57,847 bases of DNA, filler included, from Dugesia japonica (GCA_001938525.1; 5 parts of 5 records of this genome joined end to end with filler, not necessarily neighbours in it), one strand, 5' to 3'; positions 34,560 through 48,212 are shown, counted from the first letter of the whole stretch. A program made the numbers and translations. The notes: generated by a model from the letters alone, not told the origin.

Positions 34560-36325
34560 TTCAGCTTTTTAGTTGGAAAAATTTTTAGGCTTTTTAAGCA
34601 GTAAACTTTTTCAGGCTTTTTAGTTGGAAATTTACTCGGTAAGATCGATTTTTGATTGGTTTTAGGTAGTTTTTGTCCAAGGTTTGCTTGGTGAGGTCAA
34701 ATAAGGTCGATTTTTGGTTGGTTCAGGTGAATATGGAATTGGTAATTTTTATGTGATTCGGTCAATTATTTCCTCGGGATTGGTCAGTTTAGGTAATTTT
34801 TGGGCGTTTTGGTCAATTATTTACTCGGGTAGCTTTTGAGTGATTAAGTCAAATTTTTCATCGATCTGGTCAATTTTGGTCAGTTTTGGACGATTTGGTC
34901 AATTTGTTCCTAACAAGGGTAGGTTTTAGGAGAATTTGAATGATAATTTTCTCGGGCTGGTCAATTTGGGTTGAATTTTAAGGAAATTTATATGAAAAAT
35001 TTAATTTGTTTAAATTTTCAAATTTTTAAAATTTCTTTTTATGAGAATCCTTGCAAACCGAACATGTGTGTTTTAAATAATATGAAAATTTTTATATTTT
35101 TTAAATGAATTTTTTATGGGAATCCGGGACTTCCCAAAGTTTTGAAAAAATATGTTCTATATATCAGATTTCAAACATTTTTATACCAAACTGCTGAAAC
35201 TTTTACGGTGATCATTTCTCACAAATAAAAACTTTTCGAAAAACCTTCCTTCACAAATAAGTTAAAAAAAGTATCTATTAGATAGAGAATTCTTTGCTAA
35301 TTCTAAATATGTTAACCTAAAATCGTCAAAATTAATACTCGATGAATTAAATGAGGTTTTGTGGTCACAAAATCTAAATTTAGAATTTTTAAACTTAATT
35401 TCTCTGAGTACATAACTCGTATGAATTCAAATTTGGTATTATTTTACTCAGGAGGAAAAACTATCTATACAAAGTTAAAATATCGTCTCGGGAAAAATGC
35501 TTCCTAACGAATATATACAGTCATCTTCACGGATTTGGTAAAATTTTTCGAAAATTTTAAAAATAACTCTAAACTTAGCGAAATTGATACTATTCGATGG
35601 GAATTGTACGCTAAGTACTAATAACACTGTTAAAAATCACCAAACTTTATAAATAAAAAGTTATATTAAAAAACAAGTTCTTCATTTTGGGAGTCCCCAA
35701 GGAACAGAAAATAGTTCAATAATTTACTCAATTCAGCCTATTTTTGTATTGGTTTTCACACACCGCACTAGTAATCAGTTATCAACGCTCTGATCACAGT
35801 GTTTTGATTGCTGTTTATTAGATTTCAATAATCTGATCGCTGTGCACTGGATTTCAGTGTTCTGATCAATGATCTTACTGAATGATCTTACTTAAAAAAG
35901 TATTTTCTATTACGTACTGGTTTTATTCCACTATTTGCAAGTTTTTACTAAAACCCAAAACAAATTTACTGCTTAAAAAGCCTAAAAGAATTTTCCAACT
36001 AAAAGCACAGGAAAATACAAAAACAGTTACTGCCTAAAAAGCCTAAAAAATTTCCCCAACTAAATACATTCGAAAAATTTAAAAACAGTTAATCCTATTA
36101 CGTAAAAATCTCGGCGATGAAATTAATCTAATGACATTTGTGTGCAAAATTTTTTCCCAACTAACGACTAAATTAATTACATTATGTAATTCACACAAAT
36201 GTGTGCCGCCGTATATTAACATTAGAAAAATACAAAACATTTATGTAATAATACGATTACGTCAACGGGGAGAGGGTGGGGGTTACCAAATGTGTGCTGT
36301 TCTTGACTGTCACTATCCCTCTACT
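34560..36325. mobile_element. Non-autonomous Polinton-like relic with inverted subterminal repeats
   Basis: 34560-34630 is the reverse complement of the ccaactaaa/aaaaagcct repeats at 35965-36090. 35065-35157 is an inverted copy of 33603-33700. Ends ...TATCCCTCTACT at 36325. Confidence 0.5.
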
Positions 36326-37502
36326 CTGATTGTTTTTAAACAATTTTAGCGGTGTTCAATTTATGTCCGAATGTGAACGGACAGAAACACTGCTATAGGA
36401 TATGCCCATACCGTAAATTGAGCTTAGCCTAGTTAAAACTGGTTGATAAGTTTAATTATGAACGTACTCGATCGTATGCTATCTGAACTTGATGGATTCG
36501 CTATGTTGGACTGTACATGACGGAGGAGGTAATGTAATGGTATGTTACTGAAACAATGCATGAAAATAACTAATAATTATTAATAATTTAAATTAATTAA
36601 CTAATAAAAAGTTTTAAAAAAATTGAAATATCCCGCCAAAAAATAAAAGATGAAAAGTAAAAAAATAAAAGAAAAATTTTTTTTAAAAAAAGATAAAAAA
36701 AATAAAAGATAAAAAAAATTAGAGGAAAGAAAAAGAAGAAAAGAAAAATTATTAAATTTGGCGCAAAAAAATTTTTTAAAAAAATTCTTTAAAAAAATTA
36801 TGAAATTTGAATTTTTCGTTTAATTTATTTGTTAAATCAAACAAAAACTAAGTCGTCAGGTTAATGGAACAACATTTTATAACTGTTTTCTTTAAAATAA
36901 AAAAAAATTGAATTTCCCGCTAAATTAACTTACGACTTAGTAAGCCATTGATGTGAGCTCAAGATAACAGGTCCCTCACCTTTCCTCCTTCCCCTCCCCT
37001 CCGTAGCTTTACAAAACATCTGCCATAACCATCTAAGAAGCGCGATAACCACCAAAACATATAATATAAAAGGTTTTCAGATTTTGTTCATTTAATCGAT
37101 ATTTCTAAATCATTTAATCGATATTAATAAATGCTTAATTTAAAAAAATTAAATTAATTTAATTAATTTAATAATTAATTTAATTAATTAATTTAATAAT
37201 TTAATTATAATTTAATAATTCTACATTACCTTTAATTAGGTTGTTGAAATTATCTATGATACTTTTTAAAAAAAGTAATTGAATACTAAAACTATTAATG
37301 TTAATTAAAATTTTATGATGGAAAAAAATCTGTCAGTAAAAAATATTGACGCCCAAAATAAAAGTTTAAAATAAAATTTAAATATTAAAAACTTGGTAAC
37401 CGCCGAAAAAAGGAAATTTATTGCACAGCGTGAATTATATCTAAATTTGAATGTAAAGAAAATAAGATAAGAATAATTGCAACCGCTCACATCTTTCTAC
37501 TC

Positions 37503-37812
37503 ATATTGTCTGCTGAGTATCACCTAATGTTGTGGCAAGTGGATTTTTAAACTGGCATAAATCTTCATCAAATAGATTTTATAAATATTGGTCTTCAAAT
37601 TTGAAATTACGGTCTGGACGTTGTTTGTCCATTACACTGAAATTGTTATTTCTGAAGTGCTTAAACAAACTCTAGCACATATCCGGAGATACTACATGTT
37701 TTCCATAAACATCAAAAAATACCCGGTAGCTTTCTACAGCACTTTTATTCATCATAAAATAATGAATAAAAACTTCCTGTAAATGATCTTTGCTTAGGAT
37801 AAATGTTGACAT
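37503..37812 (-). mobile_element. mariner transposase N-terminal fragment (Mos1/mauritiana-like)
   Basis: MSTFILSKDHLQEVFIHYFMMNKSAVESYRVFFDVYG...FRNNNFSVMDKQRP...KFEDQYL*NLFDED...LATTLGDTQQTI parallels the Mos1 double-HTH region. Confidence 0.85.
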
Positions 37813-37989
37813 GTTTAAATCAAAGAATTTTCAATATATTAACATATAATGAAAATTTACATAATTAACTTATTAATTAGGAATTATTAAAAGAAAATTA
37901 ATTATATTTGAATTTAAAATTATATTACCATGTATTAGTTAATCGATTTTAAACAAAATCCGCATTATTTATCTGTACCTCTAATATTT

Positions 37990-39650
37990 TCCAAGAATCA
38001 GTAAAACATTATTTAGAATTATTTAATATTTTAAAAATTAGATTAGGAATTGTATTGATATATTGGAATACAAAGAAATGAAACAACTGATGTTTATTTT
38101 ACATACTCAACTGAAATAATTTAAAATGAAGAAGAATTAATAAAAAGTATAAATTTAATTTATAATGATTTAAGTGAAAGAATAGTAGAATTTGAAGGAC
38201 ATGAAAGTGGATTAATTTTACAAAATATAGATGCAATAGATATGTTAATTGGAGAATATGAATCACTATTAGGTGCGACTTGGATAGAATTACCATTTAC
38301 TTCAAAAGTTATATTTAATGAAAATATGGCAGATAATAAATGTTTCTAATGAGGAATAATAAAGTCATTAAAATATAATAGACAAGATTATAGTGAAATG
38401 TTATATTTCAATTCAAGAAGTAAAAAAATTTAATAATGATAATTATTTTGTAAAAGATAATATTTTTGAACTTTCCGAAACTATTAATGCATTATTAGTA
38501 GGAACCCATTGATATTGATAATATTCATTATACAAATCTATTTATATACAAGAATCTTAACAGTAGGTCTGCTAATCATTTTATATTTATGTAACTGTTT
38601 TTGTAAATAGTTCTGAAAAAAAATTATTTCCATGTTTAAATTGTAGAATAGGATTTAGAACAAAATGATATTTAGAAATTCATCATAGATAATGTATCAT
38701 AGATAATAGATAAATACATTTCTTAACCAAGATTATTTTTTTAATAAATTTCATTTTAAAAATAAAGTACCATTTGTTATTTATACAGGCTCTGAATGTT
38801 TTAATGAAGGTAATGTTAAAAGCGAAGCATAACAAAAACCATTATCGTATGGAATCTATATAAAAAGTAATTATAAAGATTTAAGAAAATCAGAATTATT
38901 ATCATATTATAAACATGATGCAGCAAAGCATTTTATTTCTTTAGAAAAAGAATTTAGAAAATTATTAAGAAATTATTCATATGAATAAAGTTTTAGAAAA
39001 ACCAGAAAAATGTTATTGTTATTATTGTCAAGTTGAAATAGAAAAATCAGCTATAGTAGCAGATCATGATCATTATAATGGAGAATTTATTGGATAGTTT
39101 TGTAAAAGTTATAATTTAAAAGCAAAATGTAATTTTATACCAATGTATTTTCATAATAGAAGTAAATACGATATTCATTTAATATTTACTAAGCCTTTTC
39201 ATAATGAAAAAATAAAAAAGAAAAGAAAAAATGTTTTGTCCAAAAATTATGAAGAATATATTTCCCTTCAAATTGGATGTATTAGAATTTTAGATAGTTA
39301 TAGAATGATCCCTAATTCTCTAGAAAATTCTAAATAAATATAATTTAAAATCTTTAAAAGGAATTTATCCATATGATTATATTTCGACGGAAAATAATAG
39401 ATTTGAAAAAATTGTGCCAGAAACTCAATTGCCATCACATGATAATTTTTTTAGTAAATTAAAAAAAAATATAACACAAGATGGATATAAACAAGCACAA
39501 TTAAATTGGAATGAATTAAAATGTAAAAACAAGAAAGATTATACAATGAATTATATGAAAATTGATGTATTACTTTTAGGAGATGTGTTTGAAAATTTCG
39601 GAGATATATCAATTCAAGAATATCAAATAGATCCAAGTTATTTTTATTGA
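37990..39650 (+). mobile_element. Polinton protein-primed DNA polymerase B pseudogene (N-terminal and exonuclease region)
   Basis: In order: FEGHESG..., GATWIELP, DNKCF, FPCLNC..F...LEIH, VPFVIY, CYYC...VADHDHYNG (endonuclease VII-like), FIPMYFHNRSKYDIHLI, ILDSYRM, KGIYPYDY, ETQLP, YMKIDVLLLGDVFENF. Truncated before the polymerase core. Confidence 0.9.
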
Positions 39651-39654
39651 TTTA

Positions 39655-39900
39655 TTGACATTTTTAAGATTGTTGGATATAAATAAAACCCAAAATTTGC
39701 ATTGTTGCAAAATTTTTGTTTTAAAGTATTTTCTAAGAGTTCGAACAATTTGATGAGGTGAAGAACATCAGGTTCAACCGAAAGGAATTGCGTACTTGAC
39801 TCATTCAAAAAAGGCTTATCAATACGATCTATTTCATTGCAAAATGTCTTGAAATTTTGTGCGAACTACATATTTGCTAAAAGGTTTACAAAATTTCACA
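39655..39900 (+). mobile_element. Possible Tc1-like transposon 5' fragment
   Basis: MR*RTSGSTERNCVLDSFKKGLSIRSIS resembles the first HTH of Tc1-family transposases and abuts the pPolB truncation. Confidence 0.3.
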
Positions 39901-41817
39901 ATTACTATTTCTATGTCAATTTCTAAAATTTCACATCCAGCACTTGATGCATTCTGAGCAACATGAACGAAACATCTATTATCGATGTTGGATTTGTCTT
40001 CAGTAGGTAGATGTTAGCGCACCAGATCACTACCCCGAATAAGGGTCTAGTCCTATGCATTCACATCAACTGAGTTATCTACTGGTTATCGTGGATTTAT
40101 TGATTTAAGAATTTTGAGCCGATCAGATTTTTGATCAGATCAAATATTTGGCGAGAAATATTAATTTTGTTTCATTTTCTTTGCTCTTTTATTTTTTTTC
40201 TTTATTTTCTTTATTTCTTTAATTATTTTGGTTCCGATCATGTATTTGAAAAAGTTTTATAAATCTGTATACAATGCTATAGATAACTATTTACAAAAAT
40301 GTTGCTGTTGATTACAGTGACGAGTTATCACGTTTCTGTTTAAAAGATGTACTGTTGCGAGTTTTTGTTGGATTGTGATGAATTTTGGTTTGAATAAAAG
40401 ATTGAGTTGGGGTGTTTGAGGGTGTTAAGTTTTTGTAATTTTTAGGTGATGGTGTTGGTGTGTATGTTCAAGTATATATTTAAAAATGAAAATTGTAACA
40501 GAATGGGTGTAGGGTTATGATTTTTGTGTTTTGGTGGTATATTTGAGTTGATCATCGAAATCGGTCTTTAGGCTGTCAAAGGTAACTATGAGCTGAAATG
40601 TTTGTGTGTTGCATGCATGCAGCTTTTGTGTTGCAAAAATAAGTTTCAAGTTTAAATTTAAAAATTTAAATTCGATGCCAAGGAATTAGAAAATATGAAA
40701 TTTCTCATGAAAAATTTGGTAAAGCCTTTCAGGTTTTGTTAGTTGAGTTTGGAAGACTCAACGTATCATTAATATCAAAATTCGAATTCATTACAACACT
40801 ATTGAAAATCNNNNNNNNNNNNNNNNNNNNNNNNNNNNNNNNNNNNNNNNNNNNNNNNNNNNNNNNNNNNNNNNNNNNNNNNNNNNNNNNNNNNNNNNNN
40901 NTATTTATTTAAAATTTAATTTAATTTATTTCAAACATTTTATTTATTTATTTAAAATTTAAGGCCATTTCTTTCTCCTTGAAAATTTTTTTCATTAAAA
41001 ATTTACTTTATTATCCAATCATCATTTTGAAATTTTTTAATTGAACTTAATTTATTTAAAATTAATTTAATTTATTTCAAACATTTTATTTATTTATTTA
41101 AGATTTTATTTTNNNNNNNNNNNNNNNNNNNNNNNNNNNNNNNNNNNNNNNNNNNNNNNNNNNNNNNNNNNNNNNNNNNNNNNNNNNNNNNNNNNNNNNN
41201 NNNNNNNNNNNNNNNNNNNNNNNNNNNNCCGTTTACTGAAAAGTTTTAATTTATCATTTAAAATAAATTTTTGTTATTTAAATTCTTCATCAAAACTTTA
41301 AAAATATGATCAACAATTACACAAAAATTTAACTTGGATTTTTAACACACTTACAGGCTTAATCCGCCAACAGCTGCAATTGAAATTTATAAAGAAGAGA
41401 AAAAAAGAATTGCAAACAGATTAAACTTTGATTATGCAAATAAAAGCCAATATCAAAATACAAGCTTTGTCTATAACTTTAGGGAAACAAAGACAATATC
41501 GAGTTATTAGAGTTCACAACAATGGTAATTCTTTTTATTTATTTTAAAAAATATTAATTATTAGTTTAGATTTGGTCTGTCAAACAAATTAATTTATCAT
41601 TAATGATAAATGCTTTTCTAATTTTACAGCAGCTATTTACAGGAAAAAACTGTCAGTATCACCAGCTACAATATTAAATGTACAGTTTTCATTTTTCTGT
41701 ACTTCTCGAGCTCGATGTACTATAATTGGTACATCAGCAATTTGCTTAACTCTGTTTCAGATTTACCAATGTAACTAGGACGATCTAAGCATACTGACTC
41801 TTTATTCATTAATGCCA

Positions 41818-44128
41818 CTAGTGCTGCTCTAAATTTTCTGAAAATATCAAAATATTATCCATGTATACCATCGTTCCTCTCAATCTTCCTAATACTTTTG
41901 TCATTAGTTCTTGAAACATTCCAGGTGCTGCAGCTACACCAAAAAGCATTCTTGTGAAAAAAATAATTTGCATTAATCGTAGAAAATGCTGTTTTCTCTT
42001 GTGAATCTTTATGTAACAGAACTTGATAATATGCATTTTCAAAATCAATAGTACTAAAATATCTTGCACCACTCAAATAGTCCAGTATTTCTTCTACATC
42101 AGGCATCGGAAATATCTGTCTTTCTGTGTTTGCATTCAGTTTTCTAATATCTAGACCCAATTTAATGTGTTTCCTTTCTTTTTGCCAAACACATATTAAC
42201 GGAGTTTTCCATTGCGAATTATTTGACAATAAATCCATTGTCAAACAAATTTTTGATAGCTTCATCGATCTTATTCTCTAATTTCTTTGGTTGTCTCCAT
42301 GGTTTTGTATTTATTGGTTCTCCATTTGTGATTATTTGATGTTCTGCCATTGTTGTTCTGCCGATATCCCAGTTGTCGGCCATGAATATTTCTTTTTGAA
42401 TCATTATTACTTTCTCTAAATTTTTATTTGGCTTGTTAATCAATATTTTTATTGCTTTATGTACTCTCTCTTTATCCGTTGTATTTCGTTCATACTTTGC
42501 TTCTAAATTACAAAGATACATTTCATTATCCTCACATTTAGTCTCTCTCAGCAGTTGGAATCCAAACTTTTTCTGTAATTATATTCCTCTAATTAGATCT
42601 GGGTGTATCTGTTTCACCCCAATGAATTTAACTGCTTTGCTTTTATTCTCGACTTTTACTTCTACCTTTATCGTACCTACGATTTCAAGCAGACTAGTAT
42701 TGGCACATGTTAAATTGTCTTCACTTTTTAATATATTGACTTCTCTTAATCTTTTCAATATTCTCAAGCTCATCGCATTAACTCTTGCTCCAGTATCTAA
42801 CAAGCAATTAACTTTTACGTTTTATATTTCAACTGTTATACTTGGTCTACGTTGCATCTTGTCATAACTTATTTCTTGTCGTTTTATCTCTTCTATCGTC
42901 AGAATTTCACAATTATCTTCTTAATTTATACCATTGATAATCTTCGGTTGGCTTCTAGTCAATTCTTTCTTTACGAACTTGTAAACGGTTTCTTTTACAT
43001 CATTGTAATCATCTACTCGTTTATCTTCGCTTATTTTATTTATATAATTATTTATACTATTTTTACTATAATTAACAATATTGCGATTTTTTTGGGATAC
43101 TTAATTCAACGGTCCAATCAGTCGGAGCTTGGACATTTGGGTATTCATCTTGATAATTATTTGACCCGTCATTACAATAATGACCTATGTCTTCTCTACA
43201 TTCACAATTTTTCCCATTTTCCTCAATTGAATTTCATTCATCTTTGGGTAATTATTCGTATTATTTGAATAATATCTTTGTTTGCCATTTCCGAATTATT
43301 TTCTGGCCTTTTCACTTTTGTATTGATAACTAAACTGTTTTTTCATATTTGTGTAACAGTCTTTTGCGTGATGGCCTTTCTTGTTACATCTTGAGCAACT
43401 AACTTTGGTACAATCTCTTCTTAAATGTTGTTCAGATCCACAAGCATAGCACTTTCTTTTTCTTTCTTGACAATTTCTGCTTACATGACCTATTTTGTTA
43501 CNNNNNNNNNNNNNNNNNNNNNNNNNNNNNNNNNNNNNNNNNNNNNNNNNNNNNNNNNNNNNNNNNGTGTTGAAATTTCTTTGTTCTGGGCTTCTGCGAA
43601 CGGCATCTCTGTAGTTATGAACTACATTTATTTCTTCAGTTTTTATTTCGTTTTATATGTGTTCCCATTCTTTGATTGTTTTAAATACATCGTCTACTTT
43701 TTCTATTTTTCCTGATTTGATTTTATGCTTAATCTTTGTGTCGTTACAACTATTCATTATTAGCTCTTTTGTTAAGTCATCTTTGTTCCATTTATGAGCC
43801 TTTAACTTTTCTACCAAACCTTCATGTGCTCTCCATTCCTTTGATAATTTAGAGCTTCCTCTATATCTTTAATCATTGTTGATGGACTAAAGAAAGCCTT
43901 TCTGAATCCTACCATAAACCCCAATGCTTCGCCTTCATTTTCATAGATTTCACGCAGTTCTTTATTTATGAAAGCAGCTACAAACAAACGTCTATGGCCT
44001 TTCTTTGTTCAGGCAATATAAAAATATTACGTTGTCTTCAAAATAAATTGTTCAACATCATAGCTTATTTTAAAGATTCCAGGGTTCATTGTTTCTTTTA
44101 GCAAATCCAATGATGCGTTGGTCCCCAT
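41818..44128 (-). mobile_element. Ty3/gypsy gag-pol pseudogene 3 (gag, protease, RT truncated), related to element 2
   Basis: Gag start MGTNASLDLLKETMNPG at 44128 with knuckle remnants at about 43350-43500. Protease LDTGARVNAMS. RT WKTPLICVWQKE, SQEKTAFS, GVAAAPGMFQ, VYMDNILIFS. Strongly similar to 9840-10900. Confidence 0.93.
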
Positions 44129-44329
44129 ATTAGTTAAATTCAAAATCTCACAACTCTCCATTATTTTTTATTGATTATTACAAGTTTTTTATTAAAATGA
44201 AAAATGATGAAGAACAATTCACTGTATTCATACAAATAATCTGAGAAATTTAAATCAAATATATTTTTTAAAAATATCGATTTGCCTTTTTAAAATATTT
44301 TATATATCATAATTTCATAAAACAATTTT

Positions 44330-46070
44330 ACAATTTTATAATTTTACATAATATAAAATATCTATAACAGTTCAGAAGGTTTTTACAATCAGTTATTCTC
44401 CACATTTCCATTGCTTTTTCATATTCTTCCTCTGTGATCTCATTTCATCTTGGTGACATTTATGTTTTTTCAACCAAAACTTACAAACTGGTTGCATAAT
44501 TGTATGGAAAAACGAACTTTGACATTGTAATCTTTCTATCTATAAATTTATTTAACCTCAAAGGTGTTTCTTTTAAGGACTGGAGCCATCATAATCCTAT
44601 TTATTTCTTGAATTTCCTTAAGAAAATTATATATACAGTTATTGCCAAAAAAGATTGTTTATATGATGTTTTGCTAGTTAAATTATTTACTAGCAAAAGT
44701 TCTGCTGAAATCGGTATATGTCTTTAAAAATATGTACATCATCCATTGATAAAACTCATTCAAAATCAGCATATATGAAAAATGGTAGTGTCAATGTCTT
44801 AGAGAAATCTCTAGACTCTAAGTTTTTATCCGACGGCATGGTATATAATGTTGTTTCAATTTGAATCTTCTCACAAATTACTTGATGCTTCTCAAAAGCG
44901 ATTTCGTTTCTAATTCCGTTAAAGCCATTTGGACACCATATTAATTTGATTCTTGTGTCATTGTTTTTATCATCTTTATACATTAACCTCTTCAAGTTAA
45001 TTACAGCTGTGTAATGATAGTCGTTATTATTTTCTAACAACAAGTTAATATTCTCTTCGTCAACAACCTTGGATCTATAGATGATATTTAAATTGCGATG
45101 TTTGTAAACATCTTGATCACTATCTTTCACGTTGTTTGAATTACATGAAAGGACATTGATTGAAAGTCCTGGACTTTTTCTTTTGAATTTTTTAATATTA
45201 TCAAGCCGCATTAGCATGTTTGATTCTTCTTAATCATGCTCAGACATGTAGTTTTCATATTTTGATTGTATTTGGTCATACTTAGTAATAGCTAAAATGC
45301 TATAAATAAAGCATTTATTATCTTTATTTTGAATGTTAAAAATTGCATTTTTCTTAACCTAATTCGTTGGTGTCGGTATATAACTATGACCCGACAGTCT
45401 GTTTATAATTTCCAACTTTGTGATTTTGAAATTCACTTATAAATTTCTGCTCAGTATTCAGCTGGATCCAAGCTCACTCGTTATGGAAATTTTTTCGTTC
45501 AATTGTTTAATTTCCTCTTCGAAAAAACTGTCACTTTGTTGAACAGCCCTATTTTATATTCTGCAAGTTTTGACCTCCTAATCCTTTACGAATTCCACGT
45601 TAAGCCCAAATTGTATTTTTACTTCTCTCAACTCTTCTATTATTTTAAACAGTTGGATAATCAATTTTTTGGTAGTACAATTTGATTAGTATTCCAACTT
45701 GATATGTTGATTTTTAAAATTTGGTGGCATCGATATAAATCCTTTTTAACGGCATCTCCGTCTGTAACACCTGAAATTGATGCGCTATTAACTTGAATAC
45801 TTTCTTCTGCATCAATGAACTTCTATAATGTTATGTCTTTTTTTCTGCATCAACGAATTTTCGTAATACGATGTTTTCTTTGTCCAGTTCATCAATTACT
45901 TCAAAACTATTTCAATCTTCTGATGTTATATTTATTTCATTACTAATTGCTTCTGGCTCTCGAAGTTCCATTTTAATTGTTTCTTCTTCATCATCTTCGA
46001 TTAAAATAACTTCTTTCGGTTCCTCCTTGGTGGTAATAATTTCCAGTTTATCTTCAATAGTATTCATCTC
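44330..46070 (-). mobile_element. Second Polinton pPolB N-terminal region pseudogene
   Basis: GHSYIPTP, AIFNIQNKDNKCFIYSILA, LSINV, HYTAVINLKRL, WCPNGF...FEKHQVIC and LPFFIYADFE (Exo I). Preceded by a Glu-rich leader. Confidence 0.85.
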
Positions 46071-46190
46071 TAATTGATTCTTTTATGTGCTACATCTATA
46101 TGCCTATTTGAGTCATTATCTATAATTTATTTTAATAGTCGCTTTTTATTTTTATTTTTGGTGAAGGCAGATAGGTGGTCCCTATGAGTC

Positions 46191-46387
46191 AGTAGGTAGA
46201 TATGAGCGCACCAAACCGGAGGCCCTCGAAGGGGGGTACCCCTACCCCCCCCCGATTTTTTGCCCGCCTACTTTTTGGACTCCGCCCCTTTTTGGACTCC
46301 GCCCCTTTTTATCTTTTCTCCGCCCACTTTTTTGGACTCCGCCCACTTTTTATCTTTTTCTCCGCCCACTTTTTTTGGCCACGCCCA
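46191..46387 (+). mobile_element. Polinton-like left terminus with GC-box tandem repeats
   Basis: AGTAGGTAGATATG at 46191, G/C runs, then repeated tttggactccgccc(c/a). Confidence 0.55.
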
Positions 46388-46487
46388 NNNNNNNNNNNNN
46401 NNNNNNNNNNNNNNNNNNNNNNNNNNNNNNNTTAATTAATTAANNNNNNNNNNNNNNNNNNNNNNNNNNNNNNNNNNNNNNNNNNNN
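46388..46487. other. Artificial scaffold-join linker
   Basis: 44N + TTAATTAATTAA (46432-46443) + 44N. Confidence 0.97.
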
Positions 46488-48212
46488 TATTTCTTTGGCA
46501 CGCTCAAATTTTTCTGCGCAAATCTGTGCATTTACTGTTTCATTATTGTTCAAAATCTCGTAGTGAACAGTACCAATTGCAGTCCATCATACACAAAGCA
46601 GAATCTTCGAAACATGAATCGGGGTTCTTGACGAGTGTGGTATGGGATCGTTCAGAGACAACCAATGGTGGCATCACTTGTTATTGTTAAAATATATCCA
46701 TTTTTCATCACATATAAAGAACCAATTCAAAAATGGCGAAATTTTCTGACCTATCAGATGAGATGAACAAATTGTAAATTTTCAGAACTTGTTCTCAATT
46801 GAAAAATTATGTGGGACCACTTGCAAAACTTCCATGACTTTCCAAATTAGTTTAATTGTATCCATACAGCTTATTACAAAATCGCACTAATTTTACGAAT
46901 TTCTAAATTTGTTAAATCAACCAGATAATTTAAACTGCATTTATAATTATGCTCAGACTGATTAATTTCATCTCTAAACAAAGTTTTAGTCTATGAATTT
47001 GTGAGTTATATATTGGAAATTCCTATTGATGTACCATAGATAATCGAGTATAACGTCACCCGAGTCTAAATTAACAACAAGTTCAAGACACGAATGTAAT
47101 GTGAAGGGTGATTTCAAACAACAAACACATTGCAATACATTATAATGAGTTTTAACTGAAAAAATTCTCATTGTTTTCATATAAAACACGAAGTAAATTC
47201 ATTTCTGAAAATAAAAGTTATCAGTACCAAAGAGTATTTGATCAAATTTATTTAAAACTTAATAGCTACAACTACTGAGCACTAAAATTATTTACAGTTC
47301 ATAATAGGCGTAAGCTATTAAAATCTGTCTATTCCATTTTTGCAAAAAATAAATTAGAATTCAATAAAAAAATATAATAAAACCATAAAAAAAGTTACAT
47401 AACACAATGTACATGAATAAACAATAAACAAAATTTTTAATTTATTTTTCTTTCATAAAGTTGTATAAAGTTGATTGTTTAGATATTTTTCTTTTTTCCT
47501 TCTGCAATTTCAATCCGATAATGTGTTGATAACTCCTCGTTTTTAAAGACCTTTTAAAGTTGGGATCATTTTCGAATAAATTTTAAATAAATTTTGAATT
47601 ATCCCAAAATTATGTCAAATAACTGATTCTAAACAGCTAATTCTAAAGAGGTTAACGAGGTATGCTTGTAATCATTAGATAATTTAGTTCATAAGTATAA
47701 TAATCAGAATTTAAATATTTTTAACCTTTTTTTAAAAGAAGCATGTCAATTTATAATCAAGAAATGTGGTATTGCTATGTGATTTTTAAATTATTAACTT
47801 TGTCTGTCATCTTTTATGTAAATAATTTACACCACAAATTTTAATCCTACAGACCAAGCACCATATTTTATACGGCTAACCCATATCTGTAAGACCTATG
47901 TATTACAAACGTATTAAGCTAACCAATCTTTGATAAGTTGGCCGACGAAATCCAATGACTGAGATTTTCACTCCAAAATACATTTAATCATGTTAAAAAC
48001 TTTCATATATTTGTTTTTATATAATAAATAATTATAAATGATTTCATTCTGCATATTTCACAATCTGTAAAAAGTCCCATCTATTTTATTCCTCGTAATT
48101 TTAATTTAATATTTTTTTATTCCAATTTTTATTTGGCCAGTTAAAAATAAATGTTAAAAATTTCGGCCCACAGATAAAAAAACATCTGAAACAACTGGTT
48201 TACGCTATATAG

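Noticed and set aside
36458-36520. MNVLDRMLSELDGF resembling an AAA-ATPase segment
   Set aside because: Only about 20 codons, with no Walker A/B or SRH context nearby.
39895-40100. Minus-strand RCFVHVAQNASSAGCEILEIDIEIV as a hAT CxxH fragment
   Set aside because: Plausible but too short and broken to support without a search.
41300-41817. Spliced coding fragment with a ~45-nt intron starting at 41525
   Set aside because: No recognisable family and the frames are interrupted.
13658-46487. Identical TTAATTAATTAA palindrome recurring four times
   Set aside because: It is always centred in exactly 44N on each side and gives stops in six frames, so it is an assembly linker. Adjacency across these points has no biological meaning.
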